Shown here one piece after another: positions 31,808-42,119 of a DNA stretch of 64,000 bases. The stretch is taken from assembly GCA_029940535.1 (NCBI GenBank), contig JAPYUM010000004.1, forward strand, positions 20,873-84,872, given 5' to 3'. The notes beneath the pieces are model-generated. The model worked only from the letters and a program-made list of their open reading frames with translations, was not told the DNA's origin and did not search any database. How positions within the stretch are numbered: the first letter of the stretch is position 1; every line of letters begins with the position of its first letter. Position numbers and translations under genes: made by a program. Origin of the DNA: Vicinamibacterales bacterium (GTDB taxonomy: Bacteria > Acidobacteriota > Vicinamibacteria > Vicinamibacterales > UBA8438).

Positions 31808-31931
31808 TCTGGACGAGGCCGCGCGGGCTGCATCATCACAGGGCGCGGCGACAATCGGGTTGTCAGTGGGGGTGGGTGAGAGGGGCCTTCCGCGGCGGTA
31901 TCGAGTGGCCAGGCCACCACGATGGAGATGA
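31785..31931 (+). pseudogene. thpR: Remnant of RNA 2',3'-cyclic phosphodiesterase (2'-5' RNA ligase)
   Basis: MRLFVAIDLDEAARAA is the typical ThpR N-terminus at the usual post-cinA position, but the ORF ends after 48 aa with no HxT motifs. Confidence 0.7.
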
Positions 31932-32965
31932 CGAGGATGAGGGAGGTCACCGTACTCGGGGCTGGAGGGTGGGGCACCGCGCTCGCAATTCATATCGGCC
32001 GTCTGGGAACGCCCGTGCGTCTGTGGGGTCGCAACGCGGCGCTGGTCGACACGTTGCGGGACGAGCGGCGCAACCAGGCCTATTTGGCGGATGTGATGTT
32101 CCCGCCGGCATTGACTCCAACGACGTCCCTCGAAGATGCGCTGGCCACCGCGGACTGTGTCGTGTCGGCCGTGCCGTCGCATGGCACCCGCGAGGTGATG
32201 CGCCGCGCCGCACCATTGATGCGGCCGGACGTCACCATCGTCAGCGCGACGAAGGGGTTCGAGGGCGGGACTCTGAACCGGATGTCAGAGGTCATCCAGC
32301 AGGAGGCGGGACCGTCGCGTTCGACGGCCGTGTTGTCGGGACCCAGTTTCGCGGCGGAGTTGGCGCGAGGGGCGCCCACCGCGGTGCTCGTCGCCAGCTC
32401 GTCGCCTGATGTCACCTTTCGGGTCCAAGAGGACTTCCGGTCGGCCTATCTCCGGCTCTACGCGAGCGACGATGTCGTCGGGGTTGAGGTGGGCGGCGCC
32501 ATGAAGAACGTCATCGCGATCGCGGCCGGTGTCGTCGAGGGTCTGGGCCTGGGCTCGAACGCGCTGGCGGCATTGATGACCAGGGGGCTGGCGGAGATTT
32601 CGCGGTTGGCCTACGCGATGGGAGGACGCCGCGAGACGTTGGCGGGGCTGAGCGGACTGGGCGATCTCATCTTGACGTGCACCGGGCGACTGAGTCGCAA
32701 CCGCCATGTGGGGATCGAACTGGGTCGGGGCCGAACCCTGCCGGAGATTCTGGCCGAGGCACGAACCGTAGCCGAGGGAGTCAGGACCACCGAGGTCGCC
32801 CTGCAACTCGGCCGCCGACACGGCGTGGACCTGCCGATTGCGACTCAAATGGCCGCGGTCCTGGCGGGACGCACTGAGGCGCGGGTCGCGGTCGACGAGC
32901 TGATGCTCAGGCGACAGCGGCCGGAAGCCGACGGTCCCCCGAGCGGCTCCCCTCCTGTGACATAG
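31922..32965 (+). CDS. gpsA: NAD(P)H-dependent glycerol-3-phosphate dehydrogenase
   Basis: GAGGWGTALA, SATKG, LSGPSFA, MKNVIAIAAG, GLGDLILTC, SRNR. Confidence 0.96.
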   Translation: MEMTRMREVTVLGAGGWGTALAIHIGRLGTPVRLWGRNAALVDTLRDERRNQAYLADVMFPPALTPTTSLEDALATADCVVSAVPSHGTREVMRRAAPLMRPDVTIVSATKGFEGGTLNRMSEVIQQEAGPSRSTAVLSGPSFAAELARGAPTAVLVASSSPDVTFRVQEDFRSAYLRLYASDDVVGVEVGGAMKNVIAIAAGVVEGLGLGSNALAALMTRGLAEISRLAYAMGGRRETLAGLSGLGDLILTCTGRLSRNRHVGIELGRGRTLPEILAEARTVAEGVRTTEVALQLGRRHGVDLPIATQMAAVLAGRTEARVAVDELMLRRQRPEADGPPSGSPPVT

Positions 32966-32972
32966 TGAATCC

Positions 32973-33884
32973 GTGAGCGTTCTCGAACGGCTTCGGGCCG
33001 GTCTGCGGCGTACCGCCGCACAACTCGTGGACCGCATCGACGGTCTTGACGCCGGTCGGCGTGCTGACGGCGGCGGTCCTGCTGTCGATACGCTGGATGA
33101 CCTGGAGGGCATTCTGCTCGAGGCGGACATCGGGGTCGCGGCCACCGCCCGTTTGCTCGAGGTCGCGAGGGGCCAGACTGCCGCGTCGGATCTGCGCACG
33201 GTCGTCAAGACGGAGTTGCTCCGGCTGCTCGAGCTGTCCGGTCCAGCGCCGGCGAGCGACGCCCATCCGCGGGTCGTGCTCGTCGTTGGGGTCAACGGCA
33301 CCGGCAAGACCACCACGGTCGGGCGTCTGGCGCGGCTGTTGGCGCTGTCGGGAGAGCGGGCGGTGATTTGTGCCGCCGATACGTTTCGCGCCGCCGCCGT
33401 TGAACAGCTGGAAGTCTGGGCCCGACGGGTCGACGCGGACTTCGTCAGAGCGCGGCCCGGGTCTGACCCGGCCGCCGTGGTGTTCGATGCGATTACGGCC
33501 GGCAAGGCGCGGGGACGTGATGTCGTGCTGGTCGACACCGCGGGTCGTCTACATACTCGTGCCAATCTCATGGATGAGCTCGACAAGATCCGTCGTGTGG
33601 CCGGCCGGGCCGTGGCCGGCGCGCCGCATGAGACGCTGCTGGTGCTCGACGCCACCGTCGGGCAGAACGGATTGGCTCAGGCTCGCGCTTTTCTCGAGGT
33701 CGCGGGCGTCACCGGGATCGTGTTGACGAAGCTGGACGGTACGGCCAAGGGAGGGATTGCCGTGGCTATTTCGGCCGAGCTCGGGGTGCCCATCCGGTAT
33801 GTGGGAGTGGGGGAGCAACTGGACGACCTGGTGCCGTTTTCGCCAGCCGAGTATGTGGACGCGTTGTTCGAGCCGGTGTGGTGA
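32973..33884 (+). CDS. ftsY: SRP receptor FtsY
   Basis: [33 protein letters not shown]. Confidence 0.96.
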   Translation: MSVLERLRAGLRRTAAQLVDRIDGLDAGRRADGGGPAVDTLDDLEGILLEADIGVAATARLLEVARGQTAASDLRTVVKTELLRLLELSGPAPASDAHPRVVLVVGVNGTGKTTTVGRLARLLALSGERAVICAADTFRAAAVEQLEVWARRVDADFVRARPGSDPAAVVFDAITAGKARGRDVVLVDTAGRLHTRANLMDELDKIRRVAGRAVAGAPHETLLVLDATVGQNGLAQARAFLEVAGVTGIVLTKLDGTAKGGIAVAISAELGVPIRYVGVGEQLDDLVPFSPAEYVDALFEPVW

Positions 33885-34984
33885 TTGCGGTGATTGCCGT
33901 CAGCGCCGAGGAGGCGTCGATGGACGAGGCCCTGGCGCTCGCGGCTCGCGGCCGCGGCGCGACCAGCCCGAACCCGATGGTCGGTGCCGTCGTGACGCAC
34001 GGGGATCGCGTCGTCGGCCGCGGATACCACGTCCGGGCGGGGGCGCCCCACGCCGAGGTGATGGCCCTCAACGACGCCGGCGAGGCGGCTCGAGGCGGGC
34101 GGCTCTATTGCACCCTTGAGCCGTGCGCACATACCGGACGCACCGGGCCGTGTGTCGAACGGATCGTCAACGCCGGGCTGCACGACGTGGTGGTAGGGGT
34201 CGAGGATCCGAATCCACGCGTGAACGGGGCCGGCATCCAGTACTTGCGCGATCACGGCATCGCCGTGTCGGTTGGTCTCCGTCGCGTAGAGGCGACGCGT
34301 CTCAATGAGGCGTTCTTCAGCGTTCAGCGACGCGCGCGGCCGTTTGTAACGATGAAGGCTGCGGTCAGTCTCGACGGATGCATCGCCGCGGCTCCCGGTG
34401 AGCGGACCGCGTTGACCGGACCCGAGTCCGCGGCTCACGCTCACCGCGTGCGGGCGTGGGTGGACGCGATCGGCGTTGGCTCGGAAACGGTGCTCGTCGA
34501 CGATCCGTTATTGACGGCGCGCGGCGTCTCTCGGACCCGGCCGCTCGTGCGCGTGCTCTTTGACACCCGGATGCGCACGCCGACCACGGCTCGCGTGCTC
34601 ACGACCACCGACACCGGCCCGGTCGTGGTGATGACGACCGAGGCCGCGGTGGACGCCTGGCCGGCGCGCGCGGCGGGGCTCGAGGCGGCTGGCGCCCTCA
34701 TTGAGGCGTTGCCTCGTCGTGACCCCGCCCTGGCGATGTCACGGCTGGTCGCCTACGACGTGAGCGACATGCTGGTGGAGGGGGGCGCCGTGCTGCACCG
34801 CGGCGTCTGGGACGCGGACGTGGTCGACCGCGTTCGCTTCTATGTGGCTCCGGTTACCTTGGGTCGGGGCGCGGTGCCGTGGATGTCGGACGGGGGACCG
34901 TCGATTGCCGCGCTGGGCGGCGGCGAGCCACGTTGGTTAGGTGACGACGTGTTAGTGGAGGCAGATGTTCAACGGACTGATTGA
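33878..34984 (+). CDS. ribD: Riboflavin biosynthesis deaminase/reductase
   Basis: [32 protein letters not shown]. Confidence 0.96.
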   Translation: MVIAVIAVSAEEASMDEALALAARGRGATSPNPMVGAVVTHGDRVVGRGYHVRAGAPHAEVMALNDAGEAARGGRLYCTLEPCAHTGRTGPCVERIVNAGLHDVVVGVEDPNPRVNGAGIQYLRDHGIAVSVGLRRVEATRLNEAFFSVQRRARPFVTMKAAVSLDGCIAAAPGERTALTGPESAAHAHRVRAWVDAIGVGSETVLVDDPLLTARGVSRTRPLVRVLFDTRMRTPTTARVLTTTDTGPVVVMTTEAAVDAWPARAAGLEAAGALIEALPRRDPALAMSRLVAYDVSDMLVEGGAVLHRGVWDADVVDRVRFYVAPVTLGRGAVPWMSDGGPSIAALGGGEPRWLGDDVLVEADVQRTD

Positions 34985-35621
34985 ATCGTGCGGCACGGTT
35001 GCCGAACTCCGGCCGATACCGGCCGGTTATCGTATCCTCGTGGCGACGCCGCTGGCGGGTGAGTTGCAGCTCGGGGAGAGCATCGCCGTCAACGGCGTCT
35101 GCCTGACCGTCGTCCACACCGAGGTCGGGGTGGAGGGACGGCGGAAGGACGGGGGGGCCTTCCACGCTGAGATCTCGCCAGAAACGGCGCGCGTGACCGG
35201 TCTCGGCTTGCTCGAGGCTGGGAGCGTCGTCAATCTGGAACGGTCGATGCGAGCAGATGCGCGCGTCGGGGGACACTTCGTTCAGGGACATGTGGACGCC
35301 ACCGGCCAGATCGAGACCGTGCGGCATGAGGCGGAGTTCCATTGGGTCACGGTCAGTTTTCCGGCGGTGCTGACCCCGCTTCTGGTTCGAAAAGGGTCAA
35401 TCGCGGTCGACGGGATCAGTCTCACCGTGGCCGGGCTCGATGACGCCCAGTTCGTCGTGCAGATCGTGCCCTTCACCTGGGACCACACGAACCTCAGTCA
35501 CCTGGACGTGGGTGCGACCGTCAACCTGGAGTGCGATATCATCGGAAAATACGTCGTACGAGCATTGGAGGTCGGCGAGTTCGCCAGGCCTAAGCTCGAC
35601 GTCGAGGAGCAGGATGGCTGA
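34965..35621 (+). CDS. ribE: Riboflavin synthase
   Basis: [37 protein letters not shown]. Confidence 0.95.
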   Translation: MFNGLIESCGTVAELRPIPAGYRILVATPLAGELQLGESIAVNGVCLTVVHTEVGVEGRRKDGGAFHAEISPETARVTGLGLLEAGSVVNLERSMRADARVGGHFVQGHVDATGQIETVRHEAEFHWVTVSFPAVLTPLLVRKGSIAVDGISLTVAGLDDAQFVVQIVPFTWDHTNLSHLDVGATVNLECDIIGKYVVRALEVGEFARPKLDVEEQDG

Positions 35622-36894
35622 GAAAACTACTCGAAAGCGGTCCCGTCGACAGACGCCCAAACTGAAGCTGGCCGCGGGTCGCCGCACCCCGGGACCGTTC
35701 GCCCCGATCGAGGACGCGGTCGCCGCCATCAAGGCCGGACAGATGGTCATCGTCGTCGATGACGAGGACCGGGAGAACGAGGGCGACCTCACAATCGCGG
35801 CGGAGAAGACCACTCCCGAGATCATCAATTTCATGGCGAAGTACGGCCGCGGCCTGATTTGCCTGCCGATGGTCGGGGAGCGGCTCGACGCGCTCGACAT
35901 TCCGTTGATGGTGCGGGACAACACGTCACAGTTCAATACGGCCTTTTGTGTCACGGTCGAGGCCAAGGAGTCGACGAGCACCGGGATTTCAGCCGCCGAC
36001 CGCGCCAAGACGGCGCGGGTTGTCGCCGATCCGAAGAGCACGGCGGCCGACTTGCTTCGTCCGGGGCACATGTTCCCGTTGCGGGCTCGGGAGGGCGGTG
36101 TGCTCGTCCGCGCCGGTCAGACCGAGGCGGCGGTCGATCTTGCTCGCATGGCGGGTCTGGAGCCGGTGGGGGTGATTTGCGAGATCATGAACGATGACGG
36201 CACGATGGCCCGGGTGCCGGACCTTCGACGATTTGCCCGCAAGCACAAGCTGGTCATGGTCACGATCGCCGACCTGATCAAATACCGTATGCGCCACGAG
36301 CGGCTCGTGCGTCGCGAGGCGGCGTCCAAGCTTCCGACCGAGTTCGGGGACTTCCGGCTTGTCGCGTTCGAGAGCATCATCAACGGTGAGACGCACGTGG
36401 CGCTGGTCCGCGGCGACATCGGCGACGGCGAGGACGTCTTGGTTCGCGTGCATTCCCGCTGTCTCACCGGCGAGGCCTTTCATTCGGCTCGATGCGATTG
36501 CGGCGCCCAGTTGACGACAGCGATGAAACGGATCGCGACCGAGGGGCGCGGGGTGCTGTTGTATCTCAATCAGGAGGGCCGCGGAATCGGGCTCACCAAC
36601 AAGATTCGGGCCTACGAGCTGCAAGATCAGGGATATGACACCGTTGAGGCCAACGAGCGCCTCGGTTTTCAGCCAGATCAGCGGGACTACGGCATCGGGG
36701 CACAGATTCTCGGCGATCTGGGGGTTCGCAGCATGCGACTGCTTACCAATAATCCGCGCAAGTTCATCGGACTGGAAGGCTATGGGCTGTCGGTGACCGC
36801 TTCGCTGGGGCTGGAGGTGCCGACGACCGGGGCGGCCACGACGTATCTTCGCACCAAGAAGAAGAAGCTCGGGCATACACTGAAATCCGTGTAA
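35614..36894 (+). CDS. ribBA: Bifunctional DHBP synthase/GTP cyclohydrolase II
   Basis: DDEDRENEGD, RPGHMFPL, RVHSRCLTG, RCDCG, QEGRGIG, LTNNP. Confidence 0.96.
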   Translation: MAEKTTRKRSRRQTPKLKLAAGRRTPGPFAPIEDAVAAIKAGQMVIVVDDEDRENEGDLTIAAEKTTPEIINFMAKYGRGLICLPMVGERLDALDIPLMVRDNTSQFNTAFCVTVEAKESTSTGISAADRAKTARVVADPKSTAADLLRPGHMFPLRAREGGVLVRAGQTEAAVDLARMAGLEPVGVICEIMNDDGTMARVPDLRRFARKHKLVMVTIADLIKYRMRHERLVRREAASKLPTEFGDFRLVAFESIINGETHVALVRGDIGDGEDVLVRVHSRCLTGEAFHSARCDCGAQLTTAMKRIATEGRGVLLYLNQEGRGIGLTNKIRAYELQDQGYDTVEANERLGFQPDQRDYGIGAQILGDLGVRSMRLLTNNPRKFIGLEGYGLSVTASLGLEVPTTGAATTYLRTKKKKLGHTLKSV

Positions 36895-36990
36895 CGCACC
36901 TTCCCGCGCGCTCCTCGCGCCTCGCTCAACCGGTGCCCCGACGTTCCCAGGGATGTCGACCTTGTCTTGGACGGGTCTTGCCCCATTTAG

Positions 36991-37068
36991 TTGACAGTTC
37001 AGCCCACGCAGAGTTACGATAAACGTTTGCGTTTGAAGTGCTTAGCACTCTCCCCGCTGGATCTCTAG
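36991..37068 (+). promoter_or_regulatory. Sigma70 promoter of ffh followed by a degenerate CIRCE
   Basis: TTGACA-N18-TACGAT (36991-37020), then TTAGCACTC-N9-GATCTCTAG (37042-37068). Confidence 0.6.
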
Positions 37069-37079
37069 AGCGATTGTCC

Positions 37080-38444
37080 ATGTTCGCCTCACTGAGTGAT
37101 CGTCTGCAGGCTGTCTTCGCCTCTGTCAGGCGCGAAACCCGTCTGACCCCAGAGTCCGTCGAGACCGCGTTACGCGAGATTCGGCTGGCGCTGCTCGAGG
37201 CGGACGTGAACTTCAAGGTGGTCAAGGCGTTCATTGATCGTGTTCGCGACCGCGCTGTGGACCGTGCGGTGCTTGACAGCCTGACACCGACCCAGCAGGT
37301 CGTGGTGATTGTGCGTGACGAGTTGCTGGCGCTCCTCGGCGACGGACAGCCGGGGTTGTCCGCCAGCAAGCAGCGGCCGCAGGTCGTTCTGCTGCTGGGG
37401 TTGCAGGGCGCCGGCAAGACCACCACCACGGTCAAGCTCGCCAGGTGGCTGGGCGCGAACGGGCGGCATCCGCTGGTGGTGTCGACCGACGTACGGCGGC
37501 CGGCCGCGATCGAACAGCTGGGGGTGCTGGCCGGCGACGCCGGCGTGCGAGTGCACGACCCGGACCGTGATACGGCGGTCGTCGCTCGCGCCGAAGGTGC
37601 GGTGCAGATGGCCAAGTCGTTCGGGTTCGACGTGGTGCTCGTGGACACCGCGGGGCGTCTGCACGTCGATGACGATCTCATGGGGGAGTTGGATGCCCTG
37701 AAGGCGGCCGTGGAGCCGTCCGACCTTCTGTATGTGGCCGATGCGATGACCGGGCAGGATGCCATCAAGAGCGCCGGCGAGTTCAATCGGCGCGTGGGTA
37801 TCAGCGGTGTGGTGTTGACCAAGATGGATGGGGACGCCCGAGGGGGCGCGGCGTTGTCGGTGGTGTCGGTCGTCGGCGTCCCGGTCTCCTTCATCGGCGA
37901 TGGTGAGCGATTGGAGGATCTCCAACCGTTCCACCCCGAACGGCTCGTCTCGCGCCTGCTTGGCATGGGCGACGTGCTCTCCCTGGTCGAGAAGGCCGAG
38001 CAGGTGGTGAGCCCGGAGGAGGCCACGCGACTTGAGCGGAAAATTCGCGGCAACGATTTCACGTTGCAGGACATGCGCGACCAACTCAAGACGGTCATGC
38101 GAATGGGGCCGTTGGACCGGTTGGCGGAGATGATCCCCGGCATGAGCCAGATGTCCGGGCAGATGTCGACGCAGGTCGACCCGAAGGCGCTGTCGCAGAC
38201 GATGGCTATCATCGACTCCATGACCCGGCGAGAACGTGCGCACTATCAGGTCATCGACGGCAGCCGTCGACGGCGCATCGCGCTGGGCAGCGGCACGACG
38301 GTGCAGGACGTCAATCGTCTCTTGAAGCAGTTCATGGAGATGCGGCGGATGCTACGAGCGGTCGGCGGGGCATCCCGGTCGCGAACGAAGAAGGGCGGTC
38401 GGCGACGAAGCATGTCGGCCGGGCGGCGTTTTCCGGTGAGATAG
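37080..38444 (+). CDS. ffh: Signal recognition particle protein
   Basis: MFASLSDRL, ALLEADV, GLQGAGKTTT, DTAGR, TKMDGDARGG, M-domain SRRRRIA.GSG. Confidence 0.97.
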   Translation: MFASLSDRLQAVFASVRRETRLTPESVETALREIRLALLEADVNFKVVKAFIDRVRDRAVDRAVLDSLTPTQQVVVIVRDELLALLGDGQPGLSASKQRPQVVLLLGLQGAGKTTTTVKLARWLGANGRHPLVVSTDVRRPAAIEQLGVLAGDAGVRVHDPDRDTAVVARAEGAVQMAKSFGFDVVLVDTAGRLHVDDDLMGELDALKAAVEPSDLLYVADAMTGQDAIKSAGEFNRRVGISGVVLTKMDGDARGGAALSVVSVVGVPVSFIGDGERLEDLQPFHPERLVSRLLGMGDVLSLVEKAEQVVSPEEATRLERKIRGNDFTLQDMRDQLKTVMRMGPLDRLAEMIPGMSQMSGQMSTQVDPKALSQTMAIIDSMTRRERAHYQVIDGSRRRRIALGSGTTVQDVNRLLKQFMEMRRMLRAVGGASRSRTKKGGRRRSMSAGRRFPVR

Positions 38445-38474
38445 TGAACCCAGGAGTGAGGAGTTGATAGACGC

Positions 38475-38810
38475 ATGTTGACAATTCGATTGAGTCGGGT
38501 TGGCACGACGAAACGGCCGTTCTATCGGGTCGTCGTGGTCGAATCGAGCGCGCCGCGCGATGGGCGGTTCGTGGAGATATTGGGCCACTACAACCCGCGC
38601 GCGGAACCAGAGGTACTCGAGGTTGATCGCGCGCGGGTGAGTCACTGGATTAGCAACGGTGCCTCTCCCTCGGATACGGTTCGGACGCTGCTCGCGCGTC
38701 ATCCGGTGCCGGATCCGGCGGACGCGTCGGTTGAGGCGGCGGAAGCCCCCGCGGTGGTCGAGACTGCGACGCCGGCTGAGAGCGCCGACGAGACCCAGGC
38801 GGTGACGTGA
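38475..38810 (+). CDS. rpsP: 30S ribosomal protein S16
   Basis: MLTIRLSR.G...RPFYRVVV...RDGRFVE.LG.YNP. Confidence 0.96.
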   Translation: MLTIRLSRVGTTKRPFYRVVVVESSAPRDGRFVEILGHYNPRAEPEVLEVDRARVSHWISNGASPSDTVRTLLARHPVPDPADASVEAAEAPAVVETATPAESADETQAVT

Positions 38811-39049
38811 GTCGGGCCCGTGATGTCGTGGAGACGGTCGCCCGGGCACTGGCCGATCACGCCGACGACGTGTCGGTGACCGAGCGGGAGGACCGCGGGG
38901 CGATCCATGTCGAGCTGTCGACCGCGGGGCACGACCTGGGGCGAATGATCGGGCGACAAGGGCGGACGGCCGCGTCGATTCGCACGTTGGCCGAGCTGGC
39001 CGAGGCGCCGGATGAGCGACGCGTGACCGTGGACTTCCTTGACGAGTGA
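38807..39049 (+). CDS. khpA: KH-domain RNA-binding protein KhpA
   Basis: DLGRMIGRQGRTAASIRT; located between rpsP and rimM. Confidence 0.9.
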   Translation: MSRARDVVETVARALADHADDVSVTEREDRGAIHVELSTAGHDLGRMIGRQGRTAASIRTLAELAEAPDERRVTVDFLDE

Positions 39050-39600
39050 CGCTGGACTGGGACTCGATGGTGTCAGTGGGGCGTGTCGCGCGAGCTCACG
39101 GTAACCGCGGCTGCGTGATCATCAATCCGGATACCGACTTTCCGGACGAGCGTTTTTGTGCCGGGAACACGCTCTATGTGCGCCGAGGGAATGACGTCGC
39201 GGGGCTGTCCATCAGCGATGTTCGGTTTCACCGGGGTCGTCCGATTGTGGCGTTCGAGGAGGTCAGCACGATGGACGACGCTGAGGCGCTGGCGTCGGTC
39301 GATCTGCGGGTGCCGGCCGGGACGCGCGGTGCGTTGCCGGAGGGGTCCTACTATCACCACGAGCTCATTGGCTGCGAGGTCGAGACCGTCGACGGGGCCA
39401 CGGTCGGTGTCGTGCGGGCCGTCGAAGGGGACGATGGGGCGCACCGGTTGATCGTGGACGGCCAGGCTGGTGACATCCACGTACCGCTGGTGACGGCGAT
39501 CTGCGTGAGGATCGACCCGGCCGACCGGGTGATCACTATCGACCCGCCGGACGGTCTGCTGGCCTTGAATCCGACGCGGGCGGCGAGGGGGTCTGACTGA
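39046..39600 (+). CDS. rimM: Ribosome maturation factor RimM
   Basis: VGRVARAHGNRG, YYHHELIGCEV, PRC-barrel ending IDPPDGLL. Confidence 0.93.
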   Translation: MTLDWDSMVSVGRVARAHGNRGCVIINPDTDFPDERFCAGNTLYVRRGNDVAGLSISDVRFHRGRPIVAFEEVSTMDDAEALASVDLRVPAGTRGALPEGSYYHHELIGCEVETVDGATVGVVRAVEGDDGAHRLIVDGQAGDIHVPLVTAICVRIDPADRVITIDPPDGLLALNPTRAARGSD

Positions 39601-40340
39601 GGTTCGACGTGGTCACGATCTTTCCGGGTATGCTCCGGGCGGTGCTCGCCGAGGGTGTGCTCGGTCGCGCGGTCGAGCGGGGTGTCGTGGAGGTGGGGGT
39701 TCATGACCTCCGCGATTACACATCGGACCGGCATCGGACGGTGGATGACGTGCCGTATGGCGGTGGGCCCGGCATGGTGCTCAAACCTGAACCGTTCGTC
39801 CGTGCCAGCGACGCGATCCGGCGTCAGTACGGGGAGCCCGCCGCGGTGGTGCTGCTGTCACCGCAGGGGCGGCCGTTCAGTCACGTTGAGGCGGTCAGGC
39901 TGAGTCGATTGCGCCACGTCATGCTGCTGTGCGGTCGCTACGAGGGGATTGACGAGCGGGTACGGCAGCGGCTGGCGACCGAGGAGATTTCGATCGGTGA
40001 CTACGTGTTGAGCGGCGGCGAGTTGCCGGCAGCGGTGGTGGTGGAGACGGTGGCCCGTCTCGTCCCGGGTGTTGTCGGGGATGCCGACTCGGTGCGAGAG
40101 GATTCGTTCGCGAGAGGGCTGCTCGACTACCCGGACTATACGAGGCCCGCGTCGCTCGATGGGGATGACGTGCCACAGGTTCTCTTGTCGGGGCACCATG
40201 CCGACATTCGGACATGGCGCAAACACCAGGCGGTGCGTCGGACCCGCGAGCGCCGGCCGGACCTGCTGGAGCGTGCCGCGCTTGACGAGGAAGAGCGGGC
40301 CATGTTGCGAGACATGTCGCGGGACATGGAGAACGAGTAG
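39597..40340 (+). CDS. trmD: tRNA (guanine-N1)-methyltransferase; conserved N-terminus begins at CTG 39597 (GTG 39609 is the alternative)
   Basis: (L)[45 protein letters not shown]. Confidence 0.96.
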   Translation: MRFDVVTIFPGMLRAVLAEGVLGRAVERGVVEVGVHDLRDYTSDRHRTVDDVPYGGGPGMVLKPEPFVRASDAIRRQYGEPAAVVLLSPQGRPFSHVEAVRLSRLRHVMLLCGRYEGIDERVRQRLATEEISIGDYVLSGGELPAAVVVETVARLVPGVVGDADSVREDSFARGLLDYPDYTRPASLDGDDVPQVLLSGHHADIRTWRKHQAVRRTRERRPDLLERAALDEEERAMLRDMSRDMENE

Positions 40341-40368
40341 TGTCGTGGCGGATACGGGAGTGACACAG

Positions 40369-40740
40369 GTGACCGAAGTGACAACAACGAATGCGATCGA
40401 AACGATAGAGCAGGCTCAGCTGCAGGAACGTCCGGACCTCCGGCCTGGCCTGACGGTGCGCGTCCACGCCAAGATTCGTGAAGGCGAGAAGGAACGGATC
40501 CAGGTGTTTGAGGGCGTGGTCATCGGGCTCAAACGCGCGGGCGCCCGGAGTACGTTCACGGTCCGGAAGGTGTCGTTCGGTCAGGGCGTGGAGCGGATTT
40601 TCCCGTTGCACTCGCCGTCGATTGACAAGATCGAGATCGGTCGGGCGGCGCGCGTGCGGCGCGCGAAACTCTACTTCTTGCGCAAGCTGCGTGGGCGGGC
40701 GGCCCGGCTCCGCGAGAAGCGCCGGCCCGCCGCTGGGTGA
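40369..40740 (+). CDS. rplS: 50S ribosomal protein L19
   Basis: [44 protein letters not shown]; GGGAG RBS upstream. Confidence 0.96.
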   Translation: MTEVTTTNAIETIEQAQLQERPDLRPGLTVRVHAKIREGEKERIQVFEGVVIGLKRAGARSTFTVRKVSFGQGVERIFPLHSPSIDKIEIGRAARVRRAKLYFLRKLRGRAARLREKRRPAAG

Positions 40741-41387
40741 CAGGTCGGACTCACTCGAATCGGCGCGGGCGCGTGTCGGCGCGCCGCACCATCGAGAACG
40801 AGTTGCGTCGGCTGGGGTTCGCACGGATCGCCGGGGTCGACGAGGTCGGACGCGGATCGCTGGCTGGTCCGGTCGTCGCGGCGGCGGTCGTACTGCCGCC
40901 AGGCGATCGTCTGGTCGGCTTGCGCGACTCGAAACTTCTGACCGCGGCGGCGCGCGACCGACTCTATGAGAAAATTCTGACCGCCTGCGTCTCGTGGTCG
41001 GTCGGCGTTGGCGACACGGAGGCGATCGATCGGCTCAACATTCACCGTGCGTCGCTGGTGGCGATGCGAGCCGCGGTCACGGGGCTGGCGCCGCTGCCGG
41101 ATTTCGCGCTGGTTGACGCATTCCGCATTCCCGACCTGTTCATCCCCCAGCGCGGTATCGTCGGTGGCGATCGTCGTTGTGCCGGTGTCGCGGCCGCATC
41201 CATCGTCGCCAAGGTGTTCCGTGACCGTCTGATGATTAAGTTGCATCGGACGGATTCCCGCTACGGTTTTGATCGGCACAAGGGGTACGGCACGGCGGAC
41301 CACCTGACCGCTCTGGCGAGGTACGGCTATTCGCCGGCGCACCGGCGCTCGTTCCGACCGACTGCCCTGTCTGATACCATCGATTGA
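40737..41387 (+). CDS. rnhB: Ribonuclease HII
   Basis: [39 protein letters not shown]. Confidence 0.96.
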   Translation: MTGRTHSNRRGRVSARRTIENELRRLGFARIAGVDEVGRGSLAGPVVAAAVVLPPGDRLVGLRDSKLLTAAARDRLYEKILTACVSWSVGVGDTEAIDRLNIHRASLVAMRAAVTGLAPLPDFALVDAFRIPDLFIPQRGIVGGDRRCAGVAAASIVAKVFRDRLMIKLHRTDSRYGFDRHKGYGTADHLTALARYGYSPAHRRSFRPTALSDTID

Positions 41388-41406
41388 CTTCACGGAGACG
41401 CGCAGA

Positions 41407-41851
41407 GTGGCGGACGAGGGACACGAGAACGGAGAGGGTGCCGGCGACGCGGCTGGTCCGCTCGGCGACATTCTCGAGACGTTTCGACACCGGATCTCCG
41501 AGGCGCAGGGGGACGACGCGATCGCTGAGCGACACTACTTGCTGGGTGTCGCGTGCGGTCGGGCCGGTCGCTACGACGAGGCGAAGGGACAGCTCGAAGA
41601 CGCGTCTGAATCATCAAGATACTGTTTTTCGGCGGCGTCGCTGTTGGGGCGGATCTATCGAGACGAAGGCAACCCCGCCGACGCCCGATGAGGGATGGAC
41701 GCTGCTCTATCATCTCGGGACGACGCTCGACGGGATGGACGAGTCGGCTCGCGCGCTGGCCGAGTTCTTGGAGTTACAGGGGACCGCCGGCGAGTATCGG
41801 GATGTCGAGCAGCGGGTTGGCCGGCTGACAGAGACCTTGCTGGGAGGATGA
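41407..41851 (+). pseudogene. TPR protein split by a frameshift or deletion at ~41675-41690
   Basis: TPR-like N-part (HYLLGVACGRAGRYDEA...LLGRIYRDEGNPADA) and C-part in another frame (PDEGWTLLYHLGTTLDGMDESARALAEFLEL...YRDV). Confidence 0.7.
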
Positions 41852-41861
41852 GATTCATCGC

Positions 41862-42119
41862 CTGGGCCGAACGCTGCTGATCGTCTATCTGCTCGAGACA
41901 GGGGCGGTGCTGTTGATTGCCCCGTGGTCTACCTTCTGGGAGCGTAACTTGCTCGTGGACACGTTGCCCGTGTTCGGCGGGGTCGTGCAACTGGCGATGG
42001 TACGGGGTGCCGTCTCCGGGGTTGGGGCCGTCAACCTGGGCGCCGGAGCCTGGGAACTGGTGGCGTGGATCCGTGCGGGAGCGCGTCGCTTCGGGACGCA
42101 CGGTGGTCAGAGTCTTTAA
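41862..42119 (+). CDS. Small membrane protein (start unclear; no in-frame ATG before the first TM helix)
   Basis: LLIVYLLETGAVLLIAPWSTFWERN...VRGAVSGVGAVNL. Confidence 0.6.
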   Translation: MGRTLLIVYLLETGAVLLIAPWSTFWERNLLVDTLPVFGGVVQLAMVRGAVSGVGAVNLGAGAWELVAWIRAGARRFGTHGGQSL

